Assembly: GCF_006345805.1 (NCBI RefSeq)
Contig: NC_043003.1
Span: 111,848,001-111,912,000 of the forward strand
Direction of reading: 5' to 3'
DNA length: 64,000 nt
Source: Octopus sinensis
Lineage: Eukaryota
Below the pieces are notes generated by a model. The model did not search any database, was not told the DNA's origin, and saw only the letters and a program-made list of their open reading frames with translations. Positions 13,950-27,066 of this stretch are shown one piece after another; the first letter of the stretch is position 1; each line of letters begins with the position of its first letter. Made by a program: the position numbers and the translations under genes.

Positions 13950-14900
13950 AGATGATGCTAAAGCAGCGGGAAAAGATAAAAAGAATACGAGATATAAAAA
14001 CGATTTTGATATCAATAAGGCAGCCAATTGACTTGCAGCTCTTATTTGGGAAAAGTGCAATTGGTTAAGCGTGGCTTGTAGTAAGAGGCGAATGCTAAGT
14101 AAGATGTGTGAGAACGAGATAAGAGCAGGCTAGTGAAATGGAATACGTTTATTTCTGCGTGCAGCACGAGAAATTTAAATGAATGACTAGGATGTGTTTC
14201 ATGAGTTAGGGAATGGAATATAAATAATGTGAATAAGGTGTATATAGATTTGTTTCTGATTGTGTGTATTGGAAAGATTTAAATGAAGTATAGGATATTG
14301 TGGCAAGTGTGAATAATGTATTGTATGAAATGTGAGGGCAGACGCTTATGTTTATATGAAACGACGGAACACATTTGAATTTGGTGCACTATTGAATTGA
14401 TACACAGAGTTTTGTAGTGTTTGCTTGTATAAATGCTTGATGGATGCATAAATTAGCATGGATACAGATGTTTGGATGGGAAATCCGACATTTCATTTCA
14501 TGTAGAGAATTCCTTGGTGTCTTCGTACAGTCTTTGTTTGCATGGCTTGCGAACTTTTGCTATATTTTTATTGTGTTGGGGCTGGAGAGGAATGCAGCTT
14601 CATTAATATTTTTAAGCGTTAGTTACATTTATTCGGAAAGTTAATTGCTGTTTCTTTCATTAATATTGTTGTTGTGTCAGATCAGTAATGAATCAAGCAG
14701 ATGTATGACTAAAGGTGTTTCGGCCGTTATCAGCATATTTTGATCTTCATACATATTGAGTACCTTGTACTATATGTTTTTATGTGCTCTTTCAGTTTTT
14801 GTACGTTGGTAAGTTATAGTGTGCGTGGGATATGTCTGCTGTCTCTATTAATGAGAAGAACATTTAGGAACTTTATTGTTGGCCACATTTGAACTTATAA
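13950..14900 (-). mobile_element. Possible highly degenerate LINE (L2/Jockey-like) 3' region
   Basis: Strand-skewed composition; fragmentary IKFLNVLL..DS.HI resembling KFLGVxxDxxLxFxxHI. Confidence 0.3.
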
Positions 14901-14929
14901 TGAAATCGTCTTAATGTGAGATTGTCAGA

Positions 14930-15136
14930 ATGGTTTTTAAATTTTAGCACAAGGCCTAGTATTTTAGGTGAGAGATAGATCGATTACATCACCACCTCGT
15001 GTTTACTTGGTAGTTTATCGACACCGAAAGGATGAAAGGCGAAGTCGAATTCAATGAAATTTGAATTCAGAACTTAAAGACGGACGAAATTTCGCTGAGC
15101 ATTTTGCTGAAAGATTTTACAAGCCTGCCACCTTAA
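14930..15136 (-). mobile_element. SINE family A
   Basis: Reverse complement of head, B-box (GAATTCAAATT) and body CTTCGCCTTTCATCCTTTCGGTGTCGAT...GATGTAATCGAT...GGCCTTGTGCTAAAATTT. Confidence 0.8.
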
Positions 15137-15277
15137 ATTTATAGTAACATTGAAATATGATTATTTTCGTATATTTTTTATGTTAGCGAACAGAAAAATG
15201 AGGTTTTCTTGTTTTTGCGATATTGTCATATTAGCAGCAATATTCCAAGAACAAAAGACGATGTGCAGTCAGAATAA

Positions 15278-15472
15278 TTAACACGGCGAGCAAAATGCTT
15301 AATTGCATTTCGTCCCAATTTTATGTTCTGAGTTAAAATTCCGCCGAGATCGACTTTCATTTCATCATGTCGAGATGGATAAGATAGGTATCACCTGAAC
15401 ACTGGGATCAACTTAATACTCACCGAAATTGCTGGTCTTGTGCCAAAATTTGAAATCAATATTGCGACAGTA
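15278..15472 (+). mobile_element. SINE family A
   Basis: CACGGCGAGCAAAATGCTT...GTTCTGAGTTAAAATTCCGCCGAGATCGACTTT...GCTGGTCTTGTGCCAAAATTTGAAA. Confidence 0.8.
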
Positions 15473-15849
15473 ATATTCCAACAATTTTATTTTATGCATA
15501 TTCCTCATGTTCCCAAACTGAAAATGAGGTCCGTTGCAGATCACATATTTTAGAAAGTTTTCTCTTCAATAATGTTATTTTGCATTCGAACAAAGCAATA
15601 GATTCTCCTTGAGAAAATGTAATCGATTCTACAAAGGCTACACTCTCACTATTACATTATTAAACATCTGAATACATAAATAATGCTTATATGATATTCG
15701 TTGAACCAAAAACTGTATATAAACGTATTTCGCTGAATAGTTGTCTATTATCTCTTTCTCCATCTCACTCACCATCGCCATCATTTTCTCTCTTTCTCTA
15801 TGTATCTATCGCTCTATCTATCGATCTATCTAGCAATATATCTTGTTAT

Positions 15850-15889
<40 letters not shown>

Positions 15890-15960
15890 ATTATAATTTC
15901 TTTTTTTATAACGCCACGCACGTTCTTATTTTATAAGCATTCTGTTTGTCTGTGTGTGTT

Positions 15961-15992
<32 letters not shown>

Positions 15993-16319
15993 CGTGTGCA
16001 TGCGTGTGTATGTATGTATGTATGTGTGTATATGCATATATATGCATACAAAATATATACATACATAGATACATATACACGTGGATATATATGGATATAT
16101 GTATATATATACATGCATTTATATACAGATATATACATACACACTCACACACACACATACATATATACACGCTCAAGAAGCCATACACTTTGCATATTAG
16201 TATCAGCAGTTATAATTTCTCATACATATCTGTTTCCATATCTATTCCCCTATATAAGTGTGTATCTATCAATAATCCATACATATCGGTAGATTGATTG
16301 ATAGACACAGATTGACAGA

Positions 16320-16382
16320 CATTTAGGTGGATAGTTAGATAGATATATAGATATATAGATAGATAGATAGATAGATAGATAT

Positions 16383-16452
<70 letters not shown>
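16320..16452. repeat. (AGAT)n microsatellite
   Basis: Seen directly. Confidence 0.98.
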
Positions 16453-16453
<1 letters not shown>

Positions 16454-16688
16454 CATAGAAGGATAGAGCGACAGGTACACAGACAGTCAGGGGCAGATAT
16501 AGGTGGAAGGATAGCTATTGACATAGCCCAAGAGATGTACCTATGCGTATTTACGCATAGGTTTGACCGAAAATGTCTATTTGAGTGTGATTTGTATGGC
16601 TCTGCACCATAGTTTTCGCATATTTTACATTCACACTCATGCATACATGTACATATACGCACGTGTGTGTGTATCTGTGTTTGTGACG

Positions 16689-16725
<37 letters not shown>

Positions 16726-17277
16726 CACCGTAAATGATTTTCGCATCTCGATCATTTATAATACGCGTGCTTTTTTCCTTGAATGTAAATTAAATTCGAT
16801 GGATTTTGTTTGCGTTCATATTTGTAAGATGTTTCCTAAGGCTATCCCATATATTACTTGCTTCTATTGTTTTTCCAAACATGAAAATCATGTATATAAC
16901 AGTTCACTTGTTTTCAAAATATATGCATCTGTTTTTCGCTAGCGTTTGCGTCTTTGTCCATTATTTTTATATATTGTTCAGAATGTTTGCATAAAAGCAA
17001 TATTTCTTCTACAGTCATGTAGTGCGGGCATAAGTGCTGTTTTATACATATGTAAGCAAGTGCAAGAACAATGAATTCGGTATAATATATTGAACATTAT
17101 AGTTATAATTCATAGTTTACACTGAGTGAGATAACATATGTTTGTTCTGTAATCGCTTTAAAGTATTCTCATTATTTAAATGTTTTATACCAGCTTCATC
17201 ATTACCATGATCGTGAGTTGCACAATGCCATCATTGTCTTTATCAACATTTATTCACAATATTATTAGTATTGTTAT

Positions 17278-17490
17278 TAGGGTAGCGAGCTGGCACAATC
17301 TTTAGCACGCCGGGCAGAATGTTTATCGGTATTTTGCCGATTCAGTTCAAATTCAACAAGCCTCGACTTTATATTTCATCCTTTGAAGGTCGATGATATA
17401 CGTGCCAGTTAAACACTGCAATCCATGTAGTCTACTAGCACTCTCTGCACTATATGTCAAGCCTAGTACCTACAGTAGATAGGACCATTA
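17278..17490 (+). mobile_element. SINE family A
   Basis: GGTAGCGAGCTGGCACAATCTTTAGCACGCCGGGCAGAATG...AGTTCAAATTC...CTCGACTTT. Confidence 0.8.
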
Positions 17491-17509
17491 TCATTATTAA
17501 TATAATTAC

Positions 17510-18201
17510 ATTAGCGAAGTACACATTACATCATCAGTGTATAACAAGTAACCTTTGATGCCAAGAACCTCAGCTTCCTTTAATGATACTATTTTCTGAA
17601 GCTGCACTAAACTAGGTTTTGTGCCTATTTCCTCTATCCGTCTATGCAAATCTTAAGACTAGTTCATAATACACGTCTAACTACAGGTACACATCTTACC
17701 CGGACAGTCCATACCTTCTATATTACAATGGCTAGATCCACCTACTCCGCTATATTCTCTGTACCTCTCATATTGACTTCTCACCATTTGGAACTTTAAA
17801 GTCAATTCACTTGCACTTTATATTATCTTTGTCTACCTCTACTACTTAATCAGGAATTCTAATTTCTTTTACACTCTCAGTGCGATTGTTAAAATCCTTC
17901 AACGTCTACTTTCAATACTAGTTTCATGTTCACACCTCTTATCAGTATGATCAAAGCGTAGCTTTTTACACAACTGCCAGTGGAATATTCTACATAGGTT
18001 ATCATATCAGTTCTTGTGTTATTTCTGAACCAACATGCAACAATTATGAGTAATACTGTCTTCCTTTGATTAGCATAACCTATATCCGAATCTTTTATCT
18101 AATCAGTTCACAATGCCTGATCTTATGCATCTACTAATAAACTTTCTGTCTCCTGCTTCAGTGTTTCTTTCTACAACAATGGCTCCACAACCATGTCTCC
18201 C
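17510..18201 (-). mobile_element. Old R4/Dong-like (RLE) non-LTR element, 3' fragment
   Basis: Broken translation LKQETESLLVDA*DQAL*TD and NLCRIFHWQLCKK parallels the younger neighbour (LKAESEGFILAAQDQSL). Confidence 0.7.
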
Positions 18202-18253
<52 letters not shown>

Positions 18254-18254
<1 letters not shown>

Positions 18255-19228
18255 GTTTTTTTTTCCTCTTTCAAATTTTCTTCCATTTCTTGCCGAGTGT
18301 CTTCCCGACTCCTAGGGCAAAGAAACTCATAGTGTATATTGGTAGGCCATTAAACCAAACTCAGTAGTTCGTTCATTTAAAAAAAAAATTTTTTTTTAAG
18401 TTAAATTAAAATGCATGAGCAGCAACAGTTCTCACATCGACAATGCTCTTCTCAATACGTGTGATGTACCAGTTAAGACAATCTTTTGCACTTCTTGCAG
18501 GGATGGTAAGCCAGGGATCATTCTCATATAATTTTCGGTTCCCTTCTTGATCATTCCTAGTGCTCCTACGATCACTGGTATTGTAACCGCCTTGAGATGC
18601 CACATTTTCTCAATTTCAATGAGTAGGTCTTTATATTTTCTGAGCTTGTCAAACTCTTTCGCTGAGATATTATGATCACAGGGGATGCTCATGTCGATCA
18701 ATAAGCAAACTTTATTGTTTTGGTCTTTCACAACAATATCTGGTTTATTGGCCTTGATGGTTCGGTCTGTATTTACTGGAAAGTCCCACAGAATGGTTAC
18801 ATTTTCTCCTTCAGTTACAGCCTCAGGGTGGTGATTATACCACTTGTCGTCAGTTTTGATATTGTAATGCCGACTTATTAGCCAGTAGAGATATTGGCCA
18901 ACTCTGTCATGTCTTAATTTATACTCCACTGGTGCTAAGACTTTACATCCAGAGATTAGGTGGTCCACTGTTTCAATCATGTCGTTGCAGAATCGGCATT
19001 TTGGGTCTGCTCCATTTTTCATCACATTGGCCTGGTAGTTCCGGGTTGATAGGCTTTGGTCTTGAGCAGCCAGGATGAAACCTTCGCTCTCTGCTTTTAA
19101 CCCTGAGCTCCGCAGCCACTGATGGGTTTGCTTCTGGTCAACATCAGCTTGTTTGCTGCGGGTCACATATTTGCCGTGCAGAGGTTTCTCCTCCCACCTA
19201 TCAGCCAATTGCTCGTGCGCTTTTTTTT
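18254..19228 (-). mobile_element. Young 5'-truncated R4/Dong-like non-LTR element flanked by (TAA)n
   Basis: Uninterrupted C-terminal ORF, ~180 bp 3'UTR, (TAA)n arrays at 18202-18253 and 19228-19328. Confidence 0.9.
18432..19228 (-). pseudogene. C-terminal part of R4/Dong ORF: CCHC finger plus restriction-like endonuclease
   Basis: CRFCNDMIETVDHLISGC, RHDRV, ILWDFPVNTDRTIKANKPDIVV, LIDMSIP, KYKDL, VIVGALG; the poly-N start of the listed ORF is microsatellite. Confidence 0.9.
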
Positions 19229-19273
19229 TATTATTATTATTATTATAATTATAATTATTATTATTATTATTAC

Positions 19274-19328
<55 letters not shown>

Positions 19329-19339
19329 GGCTTTTGGTA

Positions 19340-19640
19340 ACAAACTGAAAGAAGACATCAGACAGGATATCTAAGTCATACACAAGAAGAAATTGTTATA
19401 GATGGGGAATACCCTTTTGACACCGGAGTAAATAAGAAAGGAAAACAAACAAGCGAGTTATTGATCGACTTGAAGTTCATGTACAACGAAAATAATATGT
19501 TCATGAAACTGCTGATTATTATTGGGGCCTTTGGAACAATGACTCAAAATATGTAAAATGGACGATAAATTGGGAGTTGAGAAAATGCAGAACAAGTATC
19601 TAATACATCCTAAAATATTATGTGGAAAGTCCTCTCAGTA
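19340..19640 (+). mobile_element. Ancient R4/Dong-like RLE fragment, opposite orientation
   Basis: Translation IVIDGEYPFDTGVNKK and LIIIGAFGTM resembles IIDxxxPFDTRV...PIIIGALG. Confidence 0.5.
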
Positions 19641-20559
19641 CAACATATACGAAAAAAGGAAATATTTTTTCGATAGTAGATACAAAATAGTCCTCGTGCT
19701 ACACCATGCATTGTGGTTCCATAGAAACTATAATGAAATCCATTCTGTGTAACAAGAATATAATACTATTGGGATCTCCTAACTGAAGAATACCGAATGA
19801 AGTTGCTCTAGTATAGAAAACCGTTGTAGGTACAATAAGAAAGATCACAGCTCTACTACGCCCAAACATATCCAGTATGAGCAATTAACATCTATATCAA
19901 TTGACTAAGTAATATCTTTTATTATTCTCACATATGATTAATATGAAACAATCTCGTATTCTCGGTTCAGAACTTAGTGAAGCACAGATTTTATCGACGT
20001 CATAAGATGATATTCCCTAACCACACATTAAAATAATCAATGTTTCAAGTAAAATTCGTATCAAGGTGAGGGATAAGTTTATGAGTAAATTCACTATTTA
20101 AATGGAGATTCTTTTTAACAAACGACATATTCATTCATTCTCATTACATTCCAGCAGATTCGAACGTGAATATGCTGATCACTGGTGTATTTCATCTGCT
20201 TAAATGAAGTGTGATTCAATGTTGAAAGTGGATTTTAAAATACTGCGGTATTGTGGTGTGGCTCTATCGTGTGTCTTCTCAGTCAAAGTCTTACTAGAAT
20301 ACTGAATCTGCGCATGCAAACTTTGGGTAATCTTGGAACAAATAAAGTGAAACCCAACAAAAATAATAAATAAAACCAAAAATAAATTTTCCTTTTATTC
20401 AGGCTGGGTATATATATATCGATATCCATGTTTATTTATCATTCAGTAGGTACCTGTACATTCCATCATTTCATCTTTTACAATTTTACAGGCTATCGCT
20501 TTCTCTGTATATTCATGGGGAGTATTATCATTTAGTTTTGTAGTTGTTCACTGTCTAGT

Positions 20560-21100
20560 TCATAAATTCCCAAATATCTGTAAGTAACACTTTTTCTTAA
20601 TTATCCCATCTATATTTCTTTGTCTAACAGATTATTCATCTATTGCTTATTTTTAATCTTCCTCGCTTAGCAGCTACATTAGCACGGCTTCTCTAAACAG
20701 TATTACATACCGGATTCCCAAGAGAATACATACAAGATAAGTAACATTGCTTCAAATTATTCACAATGACCAGTATACAAAATATACTCGATTGTCCTTC
20801 CACATAATAAGTAACCTCCCCTTCATTTGTGTAATGTGCTTCATTTGAAACCTAGCTTGCAATGATGATTTAATAACCTTACTTCACATAGCGATGGCAA
20901 ACACCTTATAATTCATCCACAAGTATTTGTCAACTGTACGTACCGTCTTTAACGCAGCTGTTTATTCCTACCGCTAATTTTATCGTGGATGATGCTATAC
21001 ACCATATCCACAAGTGAAGAACGATGCCGAAAGCTTCCCGAAGTCTTTCACAGATTTCTCCATATCCATTCTATGTTCAGACGCGTCCTTTTTCTATATT
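20560..21100 (-). mobile_element. Degenerate RTE-like LINE 3' region
   Basis: RFQMK...LLIMWKDNRV resembles AFEMxxxRRxLxIxWxDxV; later YTGHCE and KRGRLK resemble GHV and GRP motifs. Confidence 0.35.
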
Positions 21101-21644
21101 CTTCTTGATCATTTTCTGAAACAATAATTGACATATACATCTACAATAATTTATCAACGTCAGTTCACTTCCTTTAAATTAGCCGTTTTTCAAGATAACC
21201 ATTGGTTGTCTACTATATTATTGAAAGAATTTCATGATATTAACAGGAAAGGTAGATGCTTGTGATTTCTCAGAGTTTAAAGTTTTACAATGTTTGTTCA
21301 AAACGGTTAAGTGTATCTTTCTCTTAGTGGGGGCACGTATTTTTCTGATTTCTTAATACATCATCAAATAATTTTGCCACCATTCTCTGCATCAAATAAT
21401 TTTGCCACCATTCTCTAGAAGTTGGAATTATTTTACCTTAAATGTTATGGATTCTCAGTTACATCTTGTACTGTCACGGCTTCCCAATATTGAATACTTA
21501 ATGAATATTCCTTTGTGGTAGAGGTGGCTGTAGCATTTTTGCATTAGTTCGATTATTATAATCAATGTTACTAGCTGTTATTTTTACTGTTAGTAGTGAT
21601 CATTACGATTCACACAATAGTTACAATTATCATTATCATTGATT

Positions 21645-22085
21645 AAGAGAGTAGGGCATGACATCAAGGTAACACTGGAGTAAAATATACAAAGCCCAGT
21701 ATTCCCACCATGACTACCCATCTGATAAGGGTGCACCAGGCACAAGCATCACAAACACATGTGGGCGACATGATATCATACCAAGCGTATAACCTTACAT
21801 GTAGGGTCCTGTTAAAATTTTCTTCAGGTCGAGTAGCCCATCCCGCTCCAAAGGTCCCTGAATAAGGGTCGTTTGAGGATGTTGACCGAAACACCCATGT
21901 TTTCAGAGGTGAATTATTCTAATCCCAATAAATTCCTCTCACCACATGGCTATGATGCTCCGCCTCTACTTCTGCTCGTGATCAGAGATACTCATACTGT
22001 TAGCCACAAAGGGACATGCTCATCTGGTTAAGATGAAACAACTGACAAGCAAATATGTGATATTGAGCAGAATATTCGCTGTAGC
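21645..22085. repeat. Unclassified interspersed repeat
   Basis: GC-richer island bounded by ATT/ATC tracts; recognised from memory as an abundant octopus repeat, not verified. Confidence 0.45.
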
Positions 22086-22090
22086 CTTTT

Positions 22091-23530
22091 CATTATTATC
22101 ATTATTATTTTGCGTTGGATGAGGTTCAGGCTTATTCATGGTAGAATATATGTGCATAGCTGTTACTACATGTAACCTTAAGTATCCACATGTTTTCAGC
22201 AGTCTTTCACGTCCTTACAACCCTCTCGATAATCTTTGCTGACCCTAAGAGACTAACGTCTGTAGGTTCTCTACAGGGCACTCCATCTCCTTCCGCCATT
22301 TGACTATATCTTTGCATCTGCTCCCAACTCTTCAATTATTATAGGCACGACGTTTACTGTTCGCATGTCCCAAATTCTTCCTATTTCAATTTTTAAGGGA
22401 TTGTGTTTTTTTTGTCTTTCTTTCTCTTTCTTTACGATCCTGGACTCAAACCGGCATGATGGGTCGATAAGTAAGCAACCTCGCGCTTCCTTATACATAA
22501 TTGTTACATCTAGTCCATTATTTTCTAACTTCTCCGTTTGGTTAGGAAAGTCCAACAAAATCTGACATTTCTTCAATTCCAGTACTCCTTCCACTCGATC
22601 TTTCTACCATGTGTTTCCAGCTTCAAATCCTTATTTCTGGCACAATTTCCAATGTAGCTCTTTTATAACCTGGTCCTGCCTCTATTTCTTATATTTTTCA
22701 TGTGCCAACGTGGATATTCTGCCACAGTGTGTTCAATTGTCTCGTTGCAAATTCCAGGGGTTCTACGTATTTCTGACACATTCTCTAATTATATATTTCT
22801 TCTCAAGTTGTTTATTTTTATCGCATGAACTTCGGCTGCTATAATTAGGCTCTCTGTTTCACTTTTAATTACCACATTTTTACCAAACCCAGATTTTGTT
22901 CCAAATAAGTATTTAGTGGCTCCCCAAAATTGGCAATGCAGAGGTTTCTCTTCGATCTATCTCACGTGCTCTCCTTGTATTTCATTCTTGCCCTTTTCTC
23001 CTATTACGTGCTTCAAAACCTGTTCTTTATTAACTGTCTTAGGTAGTTTTTCTGAGCTGCTCTGTAAATACTCAACTAGGCTTTTTCTATCCATCTGTAC
23101 ACCTATTTCTAATGCTATTAAATCTCTTCCAGCATAGTCTCTCCTCATGTACTTCCGGTGGATATCGGCTTTCGGATGGTGGGGTCCATACATCGTCCTT
23201 AACTTCGTAGTTTTTCTGTCAAGTACAGTATATCGTATTTGGTCCAGTCTATGATTCCAACTCCATATCTGATTAAGTGTAGTGAACTTGAATTTATTGC
23301 TTCAATAAGACTGCAATCATTTTCTTGCTCTCCTTTTGTACTCCCTACCGGTCATTTGTCTCATTTCTTCATTTCTTATCTCGTATGCTTCCTGTATTCT
23401 CAAGTATTTATACCATTGTCCTTTCTCAACCACTGTCATTGTATGCCCAGTTGTGGTTTCAATTCTCTGGTTTTTTATTGTTCGTAACGTAGCTTCATAA
23501 GGCTAACAGATCTGTATTCGTCTTTATAAG
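22091..23530 (-). mobile_element. Degenerate R4/Dong-like element, ~1.4 kb 3' fragment
   Basis: HPKADIHRKYMRRDYAGRDL (HPKxDxxRLYxxRxxGGRGL), ILLDFP, CLLIDPSCRF, VVPIIIEELG, LGSAKII; (TAA/TGA) tail at 22091-22110. Confidence 0.8.
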
Positions 23531-24019
23531 GTATTTATTGAGAGATTTATCACCGGGCAATGTTTTTGTAGTGTTTTAAACTTATGAATTGTTCACTCTA
23601 TCTATGTTTGTTCGGAAAATGAAAAAAAATTGTTTTCTCTTGCTTTTTTTTTTGTTTTTGCTTTATTTGTGATACGTGTTTTCATATGCGTGTATGTGTG
23701 TCCTGGAAATTTCACGTAGATGTGTAAACATTGGGATTTATGTGTATTAAAATATATGGTATTAAAATATATATATATATAAGATTGTGTAGACAGTGAC
23801 GTATATGCGTAAGTAATTAATTTACGTACTTACTGTTTTGTTCCATTTATATTTTATAATTTGTAAACTACCACGTTTGTGTTTAGCACATATTTCATTG
23901 AGACATCGAGCATAGGAAAAACTGTGCTTTGTAAGGCAATAAAATTTTGCTTTTGTGAATATTTTCCTTTAAAAGCCGCTTACTTCAAGTCTCCCACCGA
24001 TGTTACTAGATTAGATTTG

Positions 24020-24075
<56 letters not shown>

Positions 24076-24141
24076 TTATTATTATTATTAATATTATTAT
24101 TATTATTAATATTATTATTATCATTATCATTATTATTATTA

Positions 24142-24217
<76 letters not shown>

Positions 24218-24240
24218 GTCGTTGCTGTTGTTGTTATTAT
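24020..24240. repeat. (TAT)n microsatellite
   Basis: Seen directly. Confidence 0.98.
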
Positions 24241-24379
24241 CATCCTCAACATCATCATCACCTTTTATAGATTCTTTTCATTATGACTTTATTTCAGGTG
24301 CCTTACTACACGGAGGCCAAGAGTAGCAAGGGCATTTTTGTTTTGCACCACATTATCACCACATTTATTCCAATATCCT

Positions 24380-25200
24380 TATTATAAATATTATTATTAT
24401 TATTGTTGTTATTATTGTTGTTGTTGTTGTTGTTGCTGATGTTTTTGTTGTTATTGTTGTTACTATTGGAAGCTTATACACATAATTCAGTAGGTTATTA
24501 TTCCGAGATTGCGTGACGAAAGTCTTCTCAAATATGAAAGAACTGTTCTTAGGGTTCTGGTAGAAAGAGACTGCACCTTTATTTGTAGGTCGATAAGGCA
24601 AGTCTTAATTCCAAAATACTTCAACCTCTGAAATAGATAGCATTTTTGATGCTGTGCTAAGTTCATCAATTACAGCGGGAATAACTATCATTTTTCTCTT
24701 CTACAATATCTTCATCTTTTTGGCTTGTTCCTGATATGTTTCATTTACTTTGATATCCACTCTGTTGTCATGTAGAATTGAAAATCTATGATCTTTTACT
24801 ATTTGTCTTATTCTAATATATAACTTGTTTCCTTCCTTCCATAGTATGGTATGTCTAATTCGCACAATATCACCCAATATGCTTCACCATGGCCTCACTA
24901 TGGCTCTTGTTTTAATATATTTCGGTCACTTCGAATCCACAAACTTGCACACTTTATCTAACACAGCGACGCCCATTTGTTTATTATGTTTTATTTTGCA
25001 CAAACTTTCTGCGTCGACTTGGGGGGATGTTTATTACTTCAGTTTCCTTTTCCACGACTGGGTTTTGTCAACCTTCTTTTTCGTATCGATTCTGATGAAG
25101 CAGGGAAAACTGTCATGTTTATCTTCTACAAATATCTTCACCTCACTAGCTAATTCCTGGTATTTCTCATTTATTGTCAGGCATTTAGTTCAAAAATAAA
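24380..25200 (-). mobile_element. Degenerate R4/Dong-like 3' fragment with (TAA/CAA)n tail
   Basis: LQIKVQSLSTRTLRTVLS resembles the R4 C-terminus LQKxxLLxTxxILRxVLS; tail at 24380-24470. Confidence 0.55.
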
Positions 25201-26687
25201 TGCTGACATATATTTGTTGCATATTGTTTAGTACATAGTAATTTATTTGATTATAAATCGTGTTGCAATAAAGTTTGTGCTGTCTGAGTCTTGTTTAATG
25301 TAGTGTCTCCATAATGAAATTTGATATTTAAACGTATCGCTTATGAAGTCCAAACTTAATTATTGCAAGTCGAAAACTGAATAATGCTTAGATTCCTAAC
25401 AGTCATGAAGGTATACATATTCAGCCTCAATAAGTTTAAGCACTTTCAAACGTGAATATTGTAATAGCTACTGTATTTAGGCATGAAATACATCTTCTAT
25501 TTCAGAGGAATGCGAGTTATTAAGATGCTCGATTTATTGAAGCAAGAGGACTTTGGGACACAAGTGTTTAATATTTCATGGAAAGGATTAACTATAAATC
25601 ATTTTCCTTTCCACTATTCACCGTGCACATGGCATTTTATAATCCGTTGGGATGTAAGGACACAGAGCAAATAATGCATGATGAGCAAGTACCAAATAAG
25701 CATGTTCCATACGCCTTTGGGCAGGAAACAAAATTGGTCTACACAGCGGTGTCCTTAACATCCCATACACGAATTAAGCTAGTTTATTATGGACACAGCT
25801 TCGTTTAAAAGGTGAATTTGTTTTCAAATGACGAAATACAACGGCAGTGAGTATAGAAAGTTCGACTAGAACGTATTAATAATTAATTTCTGTGATCGGT
25901 TTGATATTCAATGATAACTGTTCAAATGGCGATTCCTAATTCATTCTATGATTGTACAACGGAGCATGTGTTAAAAATATATACTATAAGATAAAGAATT
26001 GATTTTGGATGCTTAGATTTACTAAAACCTCGTAAAATTACACAAAATACTAAAATTAGGATTAATGTTATCTTTAGGATATTTTAATATTTTGTGATAA
26101 AATGAATATTCTGTGATGATATGCCTTTTGGCATTGTGAAGCAAAATTAGATTAATACATTATGCAATGTTAGGCAAGAAACATTACGTTCTACAGAGGA
26201 TTTGATATGTTAAATATATTTATATATAAGGTAGGCTTGGATCTGTCACATAAAATTAATATGAATGAGTGTGTTTTAGAACATTTAAAAAGCTACCAAT
26301 TTAAAAATAAAGACACTGCGAGATTATTTAAAAGCAAAGTTTTATCTGTGCATATGCAGCCTATCTATACAGAAAACCATATTCAGTTAATGTTTCGGAG
26401 TATTAGAATAAGTCCTTATTATCCTGTGTATTAAATAAAAAAAAAGATCATACAAACAAAAGATTCCTAACATGCAAACACCAAAAGTGAAAACAAACTC
26501 ATAAACATAAATAAAGCCAAAATGAAAATAATAAACAATATCACTAAATGTATTCCCTCTATTAATGTATTTTCATTTCTGCATCTAAAATATTATTTAA
26601 ACCACTTCAAAATGCTTATTATTATTATTTCAGCTGTTTTAAATAAGAGCTGCATATTTGATCATATTAATTTTTGTTCTCTAAATA

Positions 26688-27066
26688 GGCGCAGAGGTGG
26701 ATGCGTGATAAGAAACTTCCTTCCCAACCAAATGTTTCCAGGTTCAGTTCCACTGTGTGCCACCATAGGCATCTCTTCAACTATAGCCTCGGGCCCCCCT
26801 AAAACTTTTCAGTGGATTTGGTAGACGAAAACTTAAAGAAGGCCGGTACGCATGTGTGTGTGTGTTTGTGTCTGTATTTTGCTGCCCACTATCAACGCTT
26901 GACATGTTGGCGTGTCTGTGTCCCTGTAACACAGAGGTTCGGCCAAAGAAACCGATAGAAAAGTCCCATGCTGAAAACATAAGCCCTGAGGGCCATATAT
27001 TTCACTAAAAATTCAAGTTGGAGCCTCAGTCTGGTTGCAGTCAAATGACTCAAAAAAGTAAAAGAT
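26688..27066 (+). mobile_element. tRNA-derived SINE family B, near complete
   Basis: Head GGCGCAGAGGTGGATGCGTGATAAG, B-box GGTTCAGTTCC, body GTGGATTTGGTAGACGAAAACT, tail GCAGTCAAATGACT...AGTAAAAGAT; homologues at 57260, 59925, 63880. Confidence 0.85.

Noticed and set aside
19229-19358. Poly-Asn N-terminus of the 308-aa ORF as a novel prion-like fusion
   Set aside because: It is the flanking (TAA)n array read in frame with a 5'-truncated retroelement
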